DNA of 64,000 nt from a virus. A model generated the notes under the pieces. It was not told the DNA's origin. It ran no database searches and worked only from the letters and a program-made list of their open reading frames with translations. The stretch lies in the IMG/VR virus record IMGVR_UViG_3300003890_000014, positions 32,001 through 96,000 of that record, one strand, 5' to 3'. Positions within the stretch are counted from its first letter, which is position 1; each line of letters begins with the position of its first letter. Below are positions 27,148-36,505 of this stretch, piece after piece. The translations under genes were made by a program, and so were the position numbers.

Positions 27148-30100
27148 TTATCCAATAATTAAGTCTGAGCTATCAAGTCTGGCCAATTCTCCATCGGCCA
27201 CGACTATATTAGAAGAATGATTTGAGATAGTAACATCGAAAACTCCGCCCACAGATTGAGCTGCTGTGACGATTTCAGATAAAACTACATCTTGACCCAC
27301 GCCTCTTGAATTCACATACTCTAAAATGGCATTTGAAATAGAGTCACTTACAGAACTGAGGCTGACACCTTCTTCTGTAGTTACATCGATAATAAGTTTT
27401 AATTTAACTAGTACAGGAGCTAGGACTTCAAATTGAGTTCCGGCGGCTCCTATGCCTGGGTAATTATTTGGATCGTGATCAATTCCGTCAATAGTCCATT
27501 GTACTTTCTGAATCAAACTTGTGAAATATTTGTATCCATCTACTCCTTCAACTTGAATATTTGAGAAATTAAATCCATTATTATCTCTAATAGTTCCGTT
27601 TCTAGCTAATGAGAATTCAGTTACATCAATAGGAGCATTTGATTGATCGTTCAAAGAAAGAGTATATGGGGCAGATGTGCCTTGAATATCTACTATATAT
27701 GCTGAACTATTGATTCTAAAAGTATCATTTATACTGATCTGATTTATCGTAGCACTTGCTAAAACAAACTGACCTGTAATATTATTATATGAGGATATAG
27801 TAGTTTTATGTCCCGCATTATTACCTGTTAAAAACTCTATAGTCATTCCAGTAAAATAAGATGGGATAGCAGAAGTTAGGACACTTGCTATAAAAGTGTC
27901 ATAAGGAACTAAAGAATCTCCAGTAGTCACTGTACCATCTAATGAGATATCTACAAATAATCCTTTTGCTAATCCAGCTATTGAATTTACAGTAAGATCA
28001 TTTACAGGTGAACCTCCAGGGATGGATTGAATTGGTATTCCTATTTCATTTGCGGTTCCACCAGTCACATAAACTTTTCCTTTGCTTCCAGGTAATTTAG
28101 TGGCAAGCTGTACAAAATCTCCGCTAATACCTACTACATCAGCATCGCCTACAATAGACAGCGTGGTGATATTAAAGTCATTAAGAAACTTAACTGCATT
28201 TTCAGCCGTTCTGGGTACAATAGAAAACTCATCGCCCGATGAAATTGGATTTGGTAAAGTATTAGGGAATATATCCTGATAGGTTATAATTCCTGAAACT
28301 CCAGAATAGGCAGTTACGAGTTGAACTGATCCTGTGTTCAAGCCTGCAGTCCAGTATATCCAAAACTCATTAAAGTATCCGGCATCAGTGTATTTAGAAC
28401 CTAAAACAGAATCGGTAAAAGTACCAACTCCTACACCTGTGACTACTCCTTTTGCTTCTAAGGATACTGCAAAAGTTTTATTAAGGCTGTCGTTATCTAA
28501 AATTGCTACTAAGTTTTGTCCTGGGCCTAAAGTAAAACCTTTAGCTGCGGGATTCCCGTTTCTATCTGAGTTACCAGATTGAACAAATGCTAAGTTTGCT
28601 AATTGATTCTCTGCTTCTGTAGTAGAAAAAGCCAGAACAGAGTTTGCTAATCCACCTTTGATTTGAACTTTTCCTGAACTTTGAAAATTTCCAGTTCTAA
28701 TTCTAACTTCATTGGTTAAAGTTGTTTCTGCTTTTCCACCAAATAACTGAGCATTTATTACTGCTACGACTTCAGCTGCAGTGGCATTCTGGGCATCGGC
28801 GAAATCAGATGCGTGTACAAAGTTAATAACTTGACATAATACAAATTTATCACCGTTTGAAATAGGATTTGAAAACCCTGCGATAGTTGAGATTTGTCCG
28901 GTTAAATTATTATATGAACTTACGAATCCTGTTTGTCCGTAGTTTGCTCCTGAAATCCATTCAATATAGAATCCATTAAATAAAGAAGCAGAATATCCAA
29001 TCAACGAAGTATCTATAAAAGTATCATATGGGGCACTGCCATCTCCAATAGTCACAGTCCCATTAAATCCACCATCTATACAAACTATCAAATCCGAAGT
29101 AAGTCCAAGACTATCAAAGTCATATAATTCAGGAATAGAATCTGAGAAGGCTCTTGTATTGATAGATCCAGCAGTTAGACTATCATTTGCAGATAAAGGA
29201 ACTTGAAGTTCTATCTGTCCATTAGATCGATTTAAAGTGTAGTCTGCATTTTTACCTTGTGAAAGAATACTGAAATTAATTTTAGAGGAGGCTACTGCTG
29301 CTCTATTTTCTCCTCTATAACCTTCAGTTAGATACAAAACTGTATCACTCTCGATACTTTCTATTTTTGTCCAAGAGCCAGCGCCATCTAGATTTGCTTT
29401 AATCCACTGTCCCTCTTGAAGATCAGAAGTAAATAAAGTTCCAGCTCCTGTTACTACCTTACTACCACCTGAGAAAGTGACAAGTCCATTGATAGAGGCA
29501 GGTATGCAAAATCCTAATGCTGTAGCAGCTCCGCCGCCAGTTACTTGCATCTTGGACATTTCGCTATTTTCTACTTCAGAAATTATTTTAATTTTAGTAT
29601 TGTCTACTGCAAGTTCAATTTTTGATAAATTAAGTTCTTGTACAATTCGGTTATATACTTCTAAAGCAAGAGCTTGAGAAGGATTTGCAAAATCATTAGG
29701 ACCAAATGATATTACTTCAGTTTGCTCAATATCTCCATTAGCAGCTACTTCAAGTTGAGGGGAGTTCCAAATTACGATATTTCCTAAACCACCTCCGGCA
29801 TTAGGATAAGCAGAGTCTAAAATAAATTTGGTATCTGATACTACAGTTAAAACTCTAGTATAAAATAGATCTGAGTCTCCAGAGAATTTAATGTAATCTC
29901 CAGGATGTACGAATTGATTAAATGGATTTACTCCAGGAACAGTTTTAGTTACAATTCTAGAATTTGGAACCACTGTAATATCTGAGTCAGTAGTGGTAAC
30001 AACATTAGTGCTTAAGTTAAAAGGTTGCGCTAAACTTATCAAAGAGGCAGTTAAACCATCTTTAGTGAGTAACTTATCATTTTTATAAAGTTTAAGAGTA

Positions 30101-31503
30101 AATACTTCTAACTCAGAGAAATTCAAAGCTTCGTTGGCTGTTGATGCTGAATCCAATTGCATGTTCTCATTTGTTCTAGTTCTAGGACTGATAATAACTT
30201 TACGACCATCTGAGTCTGTGATAGTACGTGCTTCAAATAAAGTTGCACGATTGTTGATGGCTTCCGCAATTTCAGTTGCCTCTGCTTTACTAGGAGTTTC
30301 AAAATCAGATGATGCAAAAGTAAATGTCTCTTCATCCGTACCAATATTAAGTACTAAAGTTTCTAAACCCGAAAGATTAAAAGGTTCTACTTTTTGAGAA
30401 ATAATAGTAGACTTAGCGATTGGGAAATTCTGTAATTGGAAGAATTGTTCTCCTCCAGTCGCTTGTGTAACTAATGTCTCTAATCCAATTGAACTAAAAG
30501 CGGGTTCTAAACCTCTACCGTTATCAATATAAACTTTCGTGGGACCATCGGCAATATTTACTGGAGGAATAATACTTACACTTACTACACTTGAGTTTGT
30601 ATTCTCATCAATTAATCCAATAATACCGCTCTTAATAGATTGACCAGTTCCTCTAGACAAAGCTTGAATATAATCTCTAATTCTATCTCTTAAATCTTGA
30701 TCTGATTCAACATCTCGTCCATTTATAAATGGAAGTGGGTTAGTAACAGCGGCTGTTGGGAATGGAGCACTAGGAAAGGAGATTACTGAATTGGCGGGGA
30801 CTTTAATTCCTCCTGGTTCTACTGCAGTGACAAGAATATTTGTTACTTCATCTTCGCCATCTAGTAAAACAACTTCTTGATTAATCTCAAATAAAACTTG
30901 CTCGCTTACATCTGATTCTGGAATTTCTACTTCAGTTCCAGCAGGAATACTTCTAATCCCTCCTTGAGCTAAAATCACACTCTCGTCTGTACCATGATCA
31001 TTAATCAAAGCTACATCTAACGAGATAGTCCAATATGATCCGTTATTAATTGGAGCAGAAGAATAAGAAATAGAACCTTCTGAATTAGCGGTGCCTCTCC
31101 CGATGTAGATTGCGCCTGAAGCAGGAAAACTGGAAGCATCGTCGATATTGATTATTGAAGATCCTGCGGTAGGTCCTGAAAGACCCGCATATAATTTTGT
31201 AGAGATTTTTGAAAAGGCTACGTCACTAATCGACACAAATCCACTATGTGGAGCAGACTGTTTTCTGCTTAGACCATATTCAGCGGCTCGCTTATCTAAA
31301 TCTTCCCCTTCAGTAGTATCGAGATTATAATTGCGGATAATATTCAACATCTGAATATATTGTTGAAAATCTTCTTGTGCTGAAGTTTCGAGTAATGTGA
31401 GAGCTACTGATCCATCAGTAAAATCTGTAATAGGAGTTTCCGCAGATAATTTAGCAGCTTGATCTGCTACAATTTGAGGAAATGATTTAGGTGTAAATTT
31501 CAT
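27148..31503 (-). CDS. Baseplate J-like wedge protein, greatly extended (1451 aa)
   Basis: ITDFTDGSVALTLLE, EGEDLDKRAAEYGLSR, GRDVESDQDLRDR; C-terminal VGQDVVLSEI...GVFDV. Confidence 0.88.
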   Translation of the reverse strand: MKFTPKSFPQIVADQAAKLSAETPITDFTDGSVALTLLETSAQEDFQQYIQMLNIIRNYNLDTTEGEDLDKRAAEYGLSRKQSAPHSGFVSISDVAFSKISTKLYAGLSGPTAGSSIINIDDASSFPASGAIYIGRGTANSEGSISYSSAPINNGSYWTISLDVALINDHGTDESVILAQGGIRSIPAGTEVEIPESDVSEQVLFEINQEVVLLDGEDEVTNILVTAVEPGGIKVPANSVISFPSAPFPTAAVTNPLPFINGRDVESDQDLRDRIRDYIQALSRGTGQSIKSGIIGLIDENTNSSVVSVSIIPPVNIADGPTKVYIDNGRGLEPAFSSIGLETLVTQATGGEQFFQLQNFPIAKSTIISQKVEPFNLSGLETLVLNIGTDEETFTFASSDFETPSKAEATEIAEAINNRATLFEARTITDSDGRKVIISPRTRTNENMQLDSASTANEALNFSELEVFTLKLYKNDKLLTKDGLTASLISLAQPFNLSTNVVTTTDSDITVVPNSRIVTKTVPGVNPFNQFVHPGDYIKFSGDSDLFYTRVLTVVSDTKFILDSAYPNAGGGLGNIVIWNSPQLEVAANGDIEQTEVISFGPNDFANPSQALALEVYNRIVQELNLSKIELAVDNTKIKIISEVENSEMSKMQVTGGGAATALGFCIPASINGLVTFSGGSKVVTGAGTLFTSDLQEGQWIKANLDGAGSWTKIESIESDTVLYLTEGYRGENRAAVASSKINFSILSQGKNADYTLNRSNGQIELQVPLSANDSLTAGSINTRAFSDSIPELYDFDSLGLTSDLIVCIDGGFNGTVTIGDGSAPYDTFIDTSLIGYSASLFNGFYIEWISGANYGQTGFVSSYNNLTGQISTIAGFSNPISNGDKFVLCQVINFVHASDFADAQNATAAEVVAVINAQLFGGKAETTLTNEVRIRTGNFQSSGKVQIKGGLANSVLAFSTTEAENQLANLAFVQSGNSDRNGNPAAKGFTLGPGQNLVAILDNDSLNKTFAVSLEAKGVVTGVGVGTFTDSVLGSKYTDAGYFNEFWIYWTAGLNTGSVQLVTAYSGVSGIITYQDIFPNTLPNPISSGDEFSIVPRTAENAVKFLNDFNITTLSIVGDADVVGISGDFVQLATKLPGSKGKVYVTGGTANEIGIPIQSIPGGSPVNDLTVNSIAGLAKGLFVDISLDGTVTTGDSLVPYDTFIASVLTSAIPSYFTGMTIEFLTGNNAGHKTTISSYNNITGQFVLASATINQISINDTFRINSSAYIVDIQGTSAPYTLSLNDQSNAPIDVTEFSLARNGTIRDNNGFNFSNIQVEGVDGYKYFTSLIQKVQWTIDGIDHDPNNYPGIGAAGTQFEVLAPVLVKLKLIIDVTTEEGVSLSSVSDSISNAILEYVNSRGVGQDVVLSEIVTAAQSVGGVFDVTISNHSSNIVVADGELARLDSSDLIIG

Positions 31504-32015
31504 ATTCTATTACCTTTTTTAATATTATCCAAAGCTGGTAAATACTGTAAATTATAATCTACATGTAATCCTGTTATATTCTTTCCTTTAAGCGGAATGA
31601 TATGGTCTACATGAAAACCTTTAGGACAATTTTTATAAATATCTTTAATCTTATCTAAGTTAGCCCATTTAGGAGTGGCGTTTAGCTTTGCGGCTCTGCG
31701 GTTTGCCTCTACGGCATTATAATATTTTCTATTAGTTTTTTTAGATATATTACTTAAGTGCCTAGCCTTCTCGCGATTATTTTCTCTCCATACTTTATTC
31801 CTTTTAAGAATACTAAAACTACCATTTTTATAAAGCATCTTATGCCTTAAACTTTCGCAATTTTTGCAGTGGGATGCCCGACCATCTTTATGATGCTTAA
31901 CCTTTTGAAATTCTACTATATTTTTAGTACTTAAACACTTAGAGCAAGTTTTAAACCCGAGAACTAAAAGTTCTATGTTATCCTTTATTTTGTAAGGCCG
32001 CCCTTTTGTTTTCAT
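31500..32015 (-). CDS. HNH homing endonuclease
   Basis: RRAAKLNATPKWA...HVDHIIPL...GLHV..NLQYL...N..KGN. Confidence 0.88.
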   Translation of the reverse strand: MKTKGRPYKIKDNIELLVLGFKTCSKCLSTKNIVEFQKVKHHKDGRASHCKNCESLRHKMLYKNGSFSILKRNKVWRENNREKARHLSNISKKTNRKYYNAVEANRRAAKLNATPKWANLDKIKDIYKNCPKGFHVDHIIPLKGKNITGLHVDYNLQYLPALDNIKKGNRI

Positions 32016-32019
32016 ATTT

Positions 32020-32442
32020 TTATCCGTTCAAGGTGACGAACTGTAATGGAACTTGAATCCCAGTGTTTACAATCGATACTCGTAAATCCACTAATACAGT
32101 ACTACCTAGTATTTTAACATTTGTATCAATATTTTCAAATCTTTCGTCTTGATTAAGAGACTTTAATATTTGAGTTTTAATACTAAAAGCGTCGGTTATT
32201 TTCTCCCCAATCCTAAGATCGGTGCCAATCTCTGGGTGATACAGAAGTCCTTTAGGCTCAATGTTAAGTTTTAAGAACACTGCTTGAGCTGCATTTTGTA
32301 CTCCAGCAATCAACTTAAAGTCATTGAAATTATTAAGTTCTAGATCGCCGTTCTGATTAATTTTAAGATCTACTCCAAGATTTTTTTCAGTCTCAGTTAG
32401 ATTCTTTGTTAATATCGAATCTGGACCACGTAAAATAGGCAT
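32020..32442 (-). CDS. Baseplate gp25-like wedge/sheath initiator
   Basis: GVDLK...GDL...GVQNAAQA...LLYHPEIG...QDERF. Confidence 0.8.
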   Translation of the reverse strand: MPILRGPDSILTKNLTETEKNLGVDLKINQNGDLELNNFNDFKLIAGVQNAAQAVFLKLNIEPKGLLYHPEIGTDLRIGEKITDAFSIKTQILKSLNQDERFENIDTNVKILGSTVLVDLRVSIVNTGIQVPLQFVTLNG

Positions 32443-32443
32443 A

Positions 32444-34204
32444 TTAATCTGTCCCTACTAATATATATTCTCCTGGCCTCTTAATACCGTCACCACCTGC
32501 TACATCAATATAAGGAGGTTTAAGACTGTTTAAGATCACAAGTTCTGGCCATCTAGTAGCATCTCCCATCTCATTTAATGCTATACGCTCTAAAGTATCA
32601 TTCTTACGAATAACAATCTGCCTAACATTCTTTGGTCTAGAGAATGAAATAAAGTTTTGTTCTACTGGTTGATTAGGATCTGTAAATGCTTTTTGTGCGT
32701 CTTCAAAATCCTTTTCTGCGTCAGATTGAAAAGCTGAATTAGTAGCTAACAATTGATTTAGTCCACTACCTACGTTAAATACAGATCCCATTAAAAGAAA
32801 CTCTTCATCACTGGCGATCTTAAGAGGATTTGGTTGATTCGTAGGAACACGACCTTTAATAGTGTCAAAGAAGCTGCTGCCCATATTAACAGAATCAGCG
32901 ATATTATAAGACTGTTCAATTAAAGTATTTTTAGTAGCTTGAACAAAAGATCGAGGCATAGGAACATTTGATGCATTACTAATTAAATCTCCTAATCGTT
33001 TATCGGAATCATCTTTAGATTGTTTTTTGGCTCGTTCTTCAGCATCAGTTAAAAGCTTTTGTCTTTTGTCCATTTCTGCTAAACGACGATTCTTTTCTTT
33101 AATGCCTAATGGATCAGCTAAACTAATATTAGAAAATTTACTTGAAGCTTCTCTGATTCCTAAAATAATATCTGTATAATTTCTCATCAAAATTGAAGGA
33201 AGAGATAAAACTGTAGCAGTCCCTTCAGCTAAATCCTCCATAGCGAATTGAATCTGTCTTAGAGGTCCGTTTACAGTTTGATCGATTGCTTGAAAAGTTT
33301 TTTGAAAGAAAGAGGAAGTTTCATTAATACCTGAGCGAACTTGTGCAATTCCTGAAGAGATGTTTGCAGATATATTCCCAATTTGGGATAAAAGATCTAG
33401 TTTATCTTTTTTATTATTTTTTACAAATAGAGCATTTAAGGTACCAATAGCTTTGAGTACAATACGATAATTATATTGAAGAGGAGCTTTCGAATTACGT
33501 TCCATTGTAAACTCAAGCGGTTCTACAAGAAGAGATTGTCCATCTTTTTCGTTTAAAAATACTAAAAATTTATTACCGTTAGATTTAACTTTCTCGCTTG
33601 CATATCGGAGAAAGAACTGTCTTAATCCTAAAAACTCTTCATAACCAGTTACAGTAGAAGTTTTAGAATTTTTAGATCTACCTGTTGCGGGATCAACTCC
33701 GGCTGGCTCTTTAGGGGGGTCAGTGATATTTCCACCTGCAAAAATTTGGGATTGAGATCCTTCAAATTTTCCTCTTTGACCAGGGAATACACCTGTAGTT
33801 CCTTGAATCATGATGTCTTTAAATATGACACCTTCAGTTTCTACAATAATACCTTTACGAGTTGCTGCAATATTGGTAGCAAAGATTTCTTTTTGGGTAA
33901 TAGCTTGTGGAGGGATATCTAAGTAATATGTATCAGAATTAGTTTCAGCTGCAGCTATACCTCCGCCTGTTACTTGATCGCCAGAGAAAATAGCAAAACC
34001 GTATCTTACTGTATTTGGTTTTTGGGTGTTCCCAGTCCAATTTTGGATCTTAGGGATAGATGGCAAACCGCCGTACTCGGGTTTATAAAGAGCAACGCCG
34101 CCTTTAGGAAAAGGGGTTTTGCTTCCTCCAGAGCCGAAAATCTGATTCAGAGACTCTCCAAAATCAGAGGCAATTTGTTTGAGATTTCCAATACCTATGC
34201 CCAT
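32444..34204 (-). CDS. Tail tube initiator/baseplate protein with C-terminal LysM-like domain
   Basis: IPPQAI...IMIQGTTG...YNYRIVL; DTLERIA...GDATRWPEL..LN.L..PYI. Confidence 0.72.
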   Translation of the reverse strand: MGIGIGNLKQIASDFGESLNQIFGSGGSKTPFPKGGVALYKPEYGGLPSIPKIQNWTGNTQKPNTVRYGFAIFSGDQVTGGGIAAAETNSDTYYLDIPPQAITQKEIFATNIAATRKGIIVETEGVIFKDIMIQGTTGVFPGQRGKFEGSQSQIFAGGNITDPPKEPAGVDPATGRSKNSKTSTVTGYEEFLGLRQFFLRYASEKVKSNGNKFLVFLNEKDGQSLLVEPLEFTMERNSKAPLQYNYRIVLKAIGTLNALFVKNNKKDKLDLLSQIGNISANISSGIAQVRSGINETSSFFQKTFQAIDQTVNGPLRQIQFAMEDLAEGTATVLSLPSILMRNYTDIILGIREASSKFSNISLADPLGIKEKNRRLAEMDKRQKLLTDAEERAKKQSKDDSDKRLGDLISNASNVPMPRSFVQATKNTLIEQSYNIADSVNMGSSFFDTIKGRVPTNQPNPLKIASDEEFLLMGSVFNVGSGLNQLLATNSAFQSDAEKDFEDAQKAFTDPNQPVEQNFISFSRPKNVRQIVIRKNDTLERIALNEMGDATRWPELVILNSLKPPYIDVAGGDGIKRPGEYILVGTD

Positions 34205-34238
34205 TTTCTCTTTTTATCCTTATATTATTATTTTCTTA

Positions 34239-34247
34239 AGTATATCA
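34239..34247 (-). promoter_or_regulatory. Candidate late promoter (extended -10)
   Basis: TGATATACT, intergenic. Confidence 0.45.
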
Positions 34248-34264
34248 TGTTATGTCCGCTTTAT

Positions 34265-34600
34265 TTACTCAATTGTTACACTGATTTCAAATTCCCAATC
34301 CAGCATATCTAAAGATGGTAAAGCTGGGAGAGTGGGTAATGAGGGAAGAGAAAAACCTAGTGAAGGTATGGGGATAGGTAGTGTAAAAGTTGGAAGTGTG
34401 GGTAATGTTGGGAGTGCTAGATCTAAATTAGCATCAAATGTTGGGAGTGTAGGTAAAGCTGGGAGAGTGGGTAATGAGGGAAGGGAAAAACCTAGTGAAG
34501 GTATGGGGATAGGTAGTTCTGGTATTGGCATCTTCAATACCTGATTGATCAGTACTGATCCTTCAAAACTTCCTTTTGTAGTTTGAACTAATACTGACAT
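34265..34600 (-). CDS. Proline-rich (LPx)n repeat protein
   Basis: Fills the gap in the operon on the coding strand; LPSLPTLPALPTLPT runs. Confidence 0.6.
   Translation of the reverse strand: MSVLVQTTKGSFEGSVLINQVLKMPIPELPIPIPSLGFSLPSLPTLPALPTLPTFDANLDLALPTLPTLPTFTLPIPIPSLGFSLPSLPTLPALPSLDMLDWEFEISVTIE
34317..34517. repeat. 66-bp direct repeat, two copies (34317-34382 and 34452-34517), 1 mismatch
   Basis: Direct comparison of the two copies; encodes LPIPIPSLGFSLPSLPTLPALP twice. Confidence 0.9.
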
Positions 34601-34601
34601 A

Positions 34602-35246
34602 TTAACTTATTAAACCTCCGCTCGCTGTTCCTGCTATAAGTGCTCCACCACCTGCAGAACAAGCTCCAGTTACAGTAGAATAATTTACCTGAGCATTTGC
34701 CATAATATAATTGGCAATAGCAGTGCATTTTGCTATTAGTTGCGGAGTTGGGCCAGGAAATGGTACTAAAGATGCTACTAAAGTTGCCATAGCAGGTCCA
34801 TTTAAATTTATAATTTGTCCATTGGTTCCGACTCCAGTAAAAACTCCTGGAGTAATAAGGGTATTTGTACAAGCCCCATTAATTGTTCCTACAGAAAAAG
34901 TCACTTGTCCTACAGTCTGAATATGTTGAACAATACCTTCACAGAAATTCATCAATTGAGGAGTTGCAAACGGGTAATCTATAGGGTCACTAGCAACAAT
35001 AAAACTAGAAGCAGAACTTCCTGTCATACCAGACATAAGTCCTGCAGAAGCTCCTCCTGCAATAAGCGGCCCTCCAGAAGGGGGTACTACTCCAAATACT
35101 GTTCCTGGAAGATTACTTACTGTACATTTAGTTTGAATCTCTAAAATAATACCAGTGGCCCAAGCTACAAGTTGAGCTGATACAGGAGACGGAAAAGCCA
35201 TTGCTGATCTAATTGCTTCTGCTAAGTCTGCTGCTATTAGCGGCAT
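34602..35246 (-). CDS. Spike-associated protein with three internal ~70-aa repeats
   Basis: Follows the spike gene; repeats centred on SAQL/TPQL/TPQL. Confidence 0.6.
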   Translation of the reverse strand: MPLIAADLAEAIRSAMAFPSPVSAQLVAWATGIILEIQTKCTVSNLPGTVFGVVPPSGGPLIAGGASAGLMSGMTGSSASSFIVASDPIDYPFATPQLMNFCEGIVQHIQTVGQVTFSVGTINGACTNTLITPGVFTGVGTNGQIINLNGPAMATLVASLVPFPGPTPQLIAKCTAIANYIMANAQVNYSTVTGACSAGGGALIAGTASGGLIS

Positions 35247-36502
35247 TAGATTGATCCTTTTATGGTTAATAGTAATGACTTGATAACCGTTAATGCAGAG
35301 CCTACAGCAGCATATGCTGCGGCATTTAGAGGAGGGGATGTTGGATATCCCAGATTTCCGATATGAGTTTCAGCAGCCATTGCTGTTGTCAAAGTATTCA
35401 ATTGAACTAGTGTTTGATCAAATAAATCTAATAGTTCTGCAGCTGGAGTTCCTAAAGCTACTTGGCCGTTTTGAATAGTAATTTTTGCAATAGTGTCTTG
35501 TAATATAATACCACCAGCATCTAATATCATCTTGCCTGATGCTTGGAGATTAATATCAGTATCTGAAAAAGCTTGTAGTTTACTCGGTAAAACGCTGAAA
35601 GCTTTTTTACCATCACTACTACCTAAAGTGTTCTCTTCACCTATTGTAAATACGTTTCCATCTGCTTGAACTAAGGATACAGCGCCTGATTCAGCATCTA
35701 AGAATAGGTAACTACCATCAGCTGAAGTTAGTTTAATAGAGCCATTCTTATCAATATTAAATAGGGCACCTTTTTTATGCACCATTGTAATTGACTCTTC
35801 TCCAGTAAGGTCGTTGATTTCAAATAACTGTTTTCCTGCAGTATAAACTTGGATCTTCTCCTTACCTTTATCGTTCTCAATAGTAATTCTATGACCAGTT
35901 GTGGTTTGAACTTTTCCATCTTTTCCAATTTTAAAAGTAGTTTTACTTAGAGCTGGATTTGCAGGTTGCCCATTAGCTTTCTTTGCTCCATTATAGGTAA
36001 GAATGAAATCTCCATCCTTATTAATTTCCCATTGAAAACCTCTAAATTCACCTTTTTTATGAATGCCATCTTTCTTGGTTCCGCCCTTCTTTTTAGGATG
36101 ATCAAAAGTTCCAATTATAAAAGGTTTGTCTTTGCTACCATGTAGAAAAGCAAGTACTACGGTAGTACCATTTTTATTAGCAAAGAAGTTACTGGTATCT
36201 AATTTACCCGAAAAGGCAAATTCATTTGATTCAAGAACGGTCTCTTCAAAATCATTAACTCCAAAAATAGAAGACATTTTTCTTACATTTTTAAATATAC
36301 TCTGTCCACCTTTAGCATCTCGTACACTTACATCGTATTCAATAAACTTTTTAGATATGTTAGTAGGATCATCGGTATAGATGATCTTTTCTACTTGTCC
36401 ATACATGAAACGTAGCCCTTCATCGTACACATCTTGAGCAGAAGCTTCATTTCGAGTATTAAAGTAAGAATTAATTAATGTACCATTTTTAAGTTTAGTC
36501 AT
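35246..36502 (-). CDS. Baseplate central spike (gp5/gpV/VgrG-like)
   Basis: OB-fold signature GTTVVLAFLHG...PFIIG; beta-helix repeats TTGHRITIEND, HKKGALFNIDKNG; C-terminal ETH.GNLG.PTSPPLN. Confidence 0.8.
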   Translation of the reverse strand: MTKLKNGTLINSYFNTRNEASAQDVYDEGLRFMYGQVEKIIYTDDPTNISKKFIEYDVSVRDAKGGQSIFKNVRKMSSIFGVNDFEETVLESNEFAFSGKLDTSNFFANKNGTTVVLAFLHGSKDKPFIIGTFDHPKKKGGTKKDGIHKKGEFRGFQWEINKDGDFILTYNGAKKANGQPANPALSKTTFKIGKDGKVQTTTGHRITIENDKGKEKIQVYTAGKQLFEINDLTGEESITMVHKKGALFNIDKNGSIKLTSADGSYLFLDAESGAVSLVQADGNVFTIGEENTLGSSDGKKAFSVLPSKLQAFSDTDINLQASGKMILDAGGIILQDTIAKITIQNGQVALGTPAAELLDLFDQTLVQLNTLTTAMAAETHIGNLGYPTSPPLNAAAYAAVGSALTVIKSLLLTIKGSI

Positions 36503-36505
36503 TTT

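Noticed and set aside
34317-34517. Direct repeats as a CRISPR array or DGR template/variable pair
   Set aside because: Only two in-frame coding copies, no spacers, and no reverse transcriptase or cas operon. The 44.4 kb repeat differs mostly at synonymous sites, not specifically at adenines.
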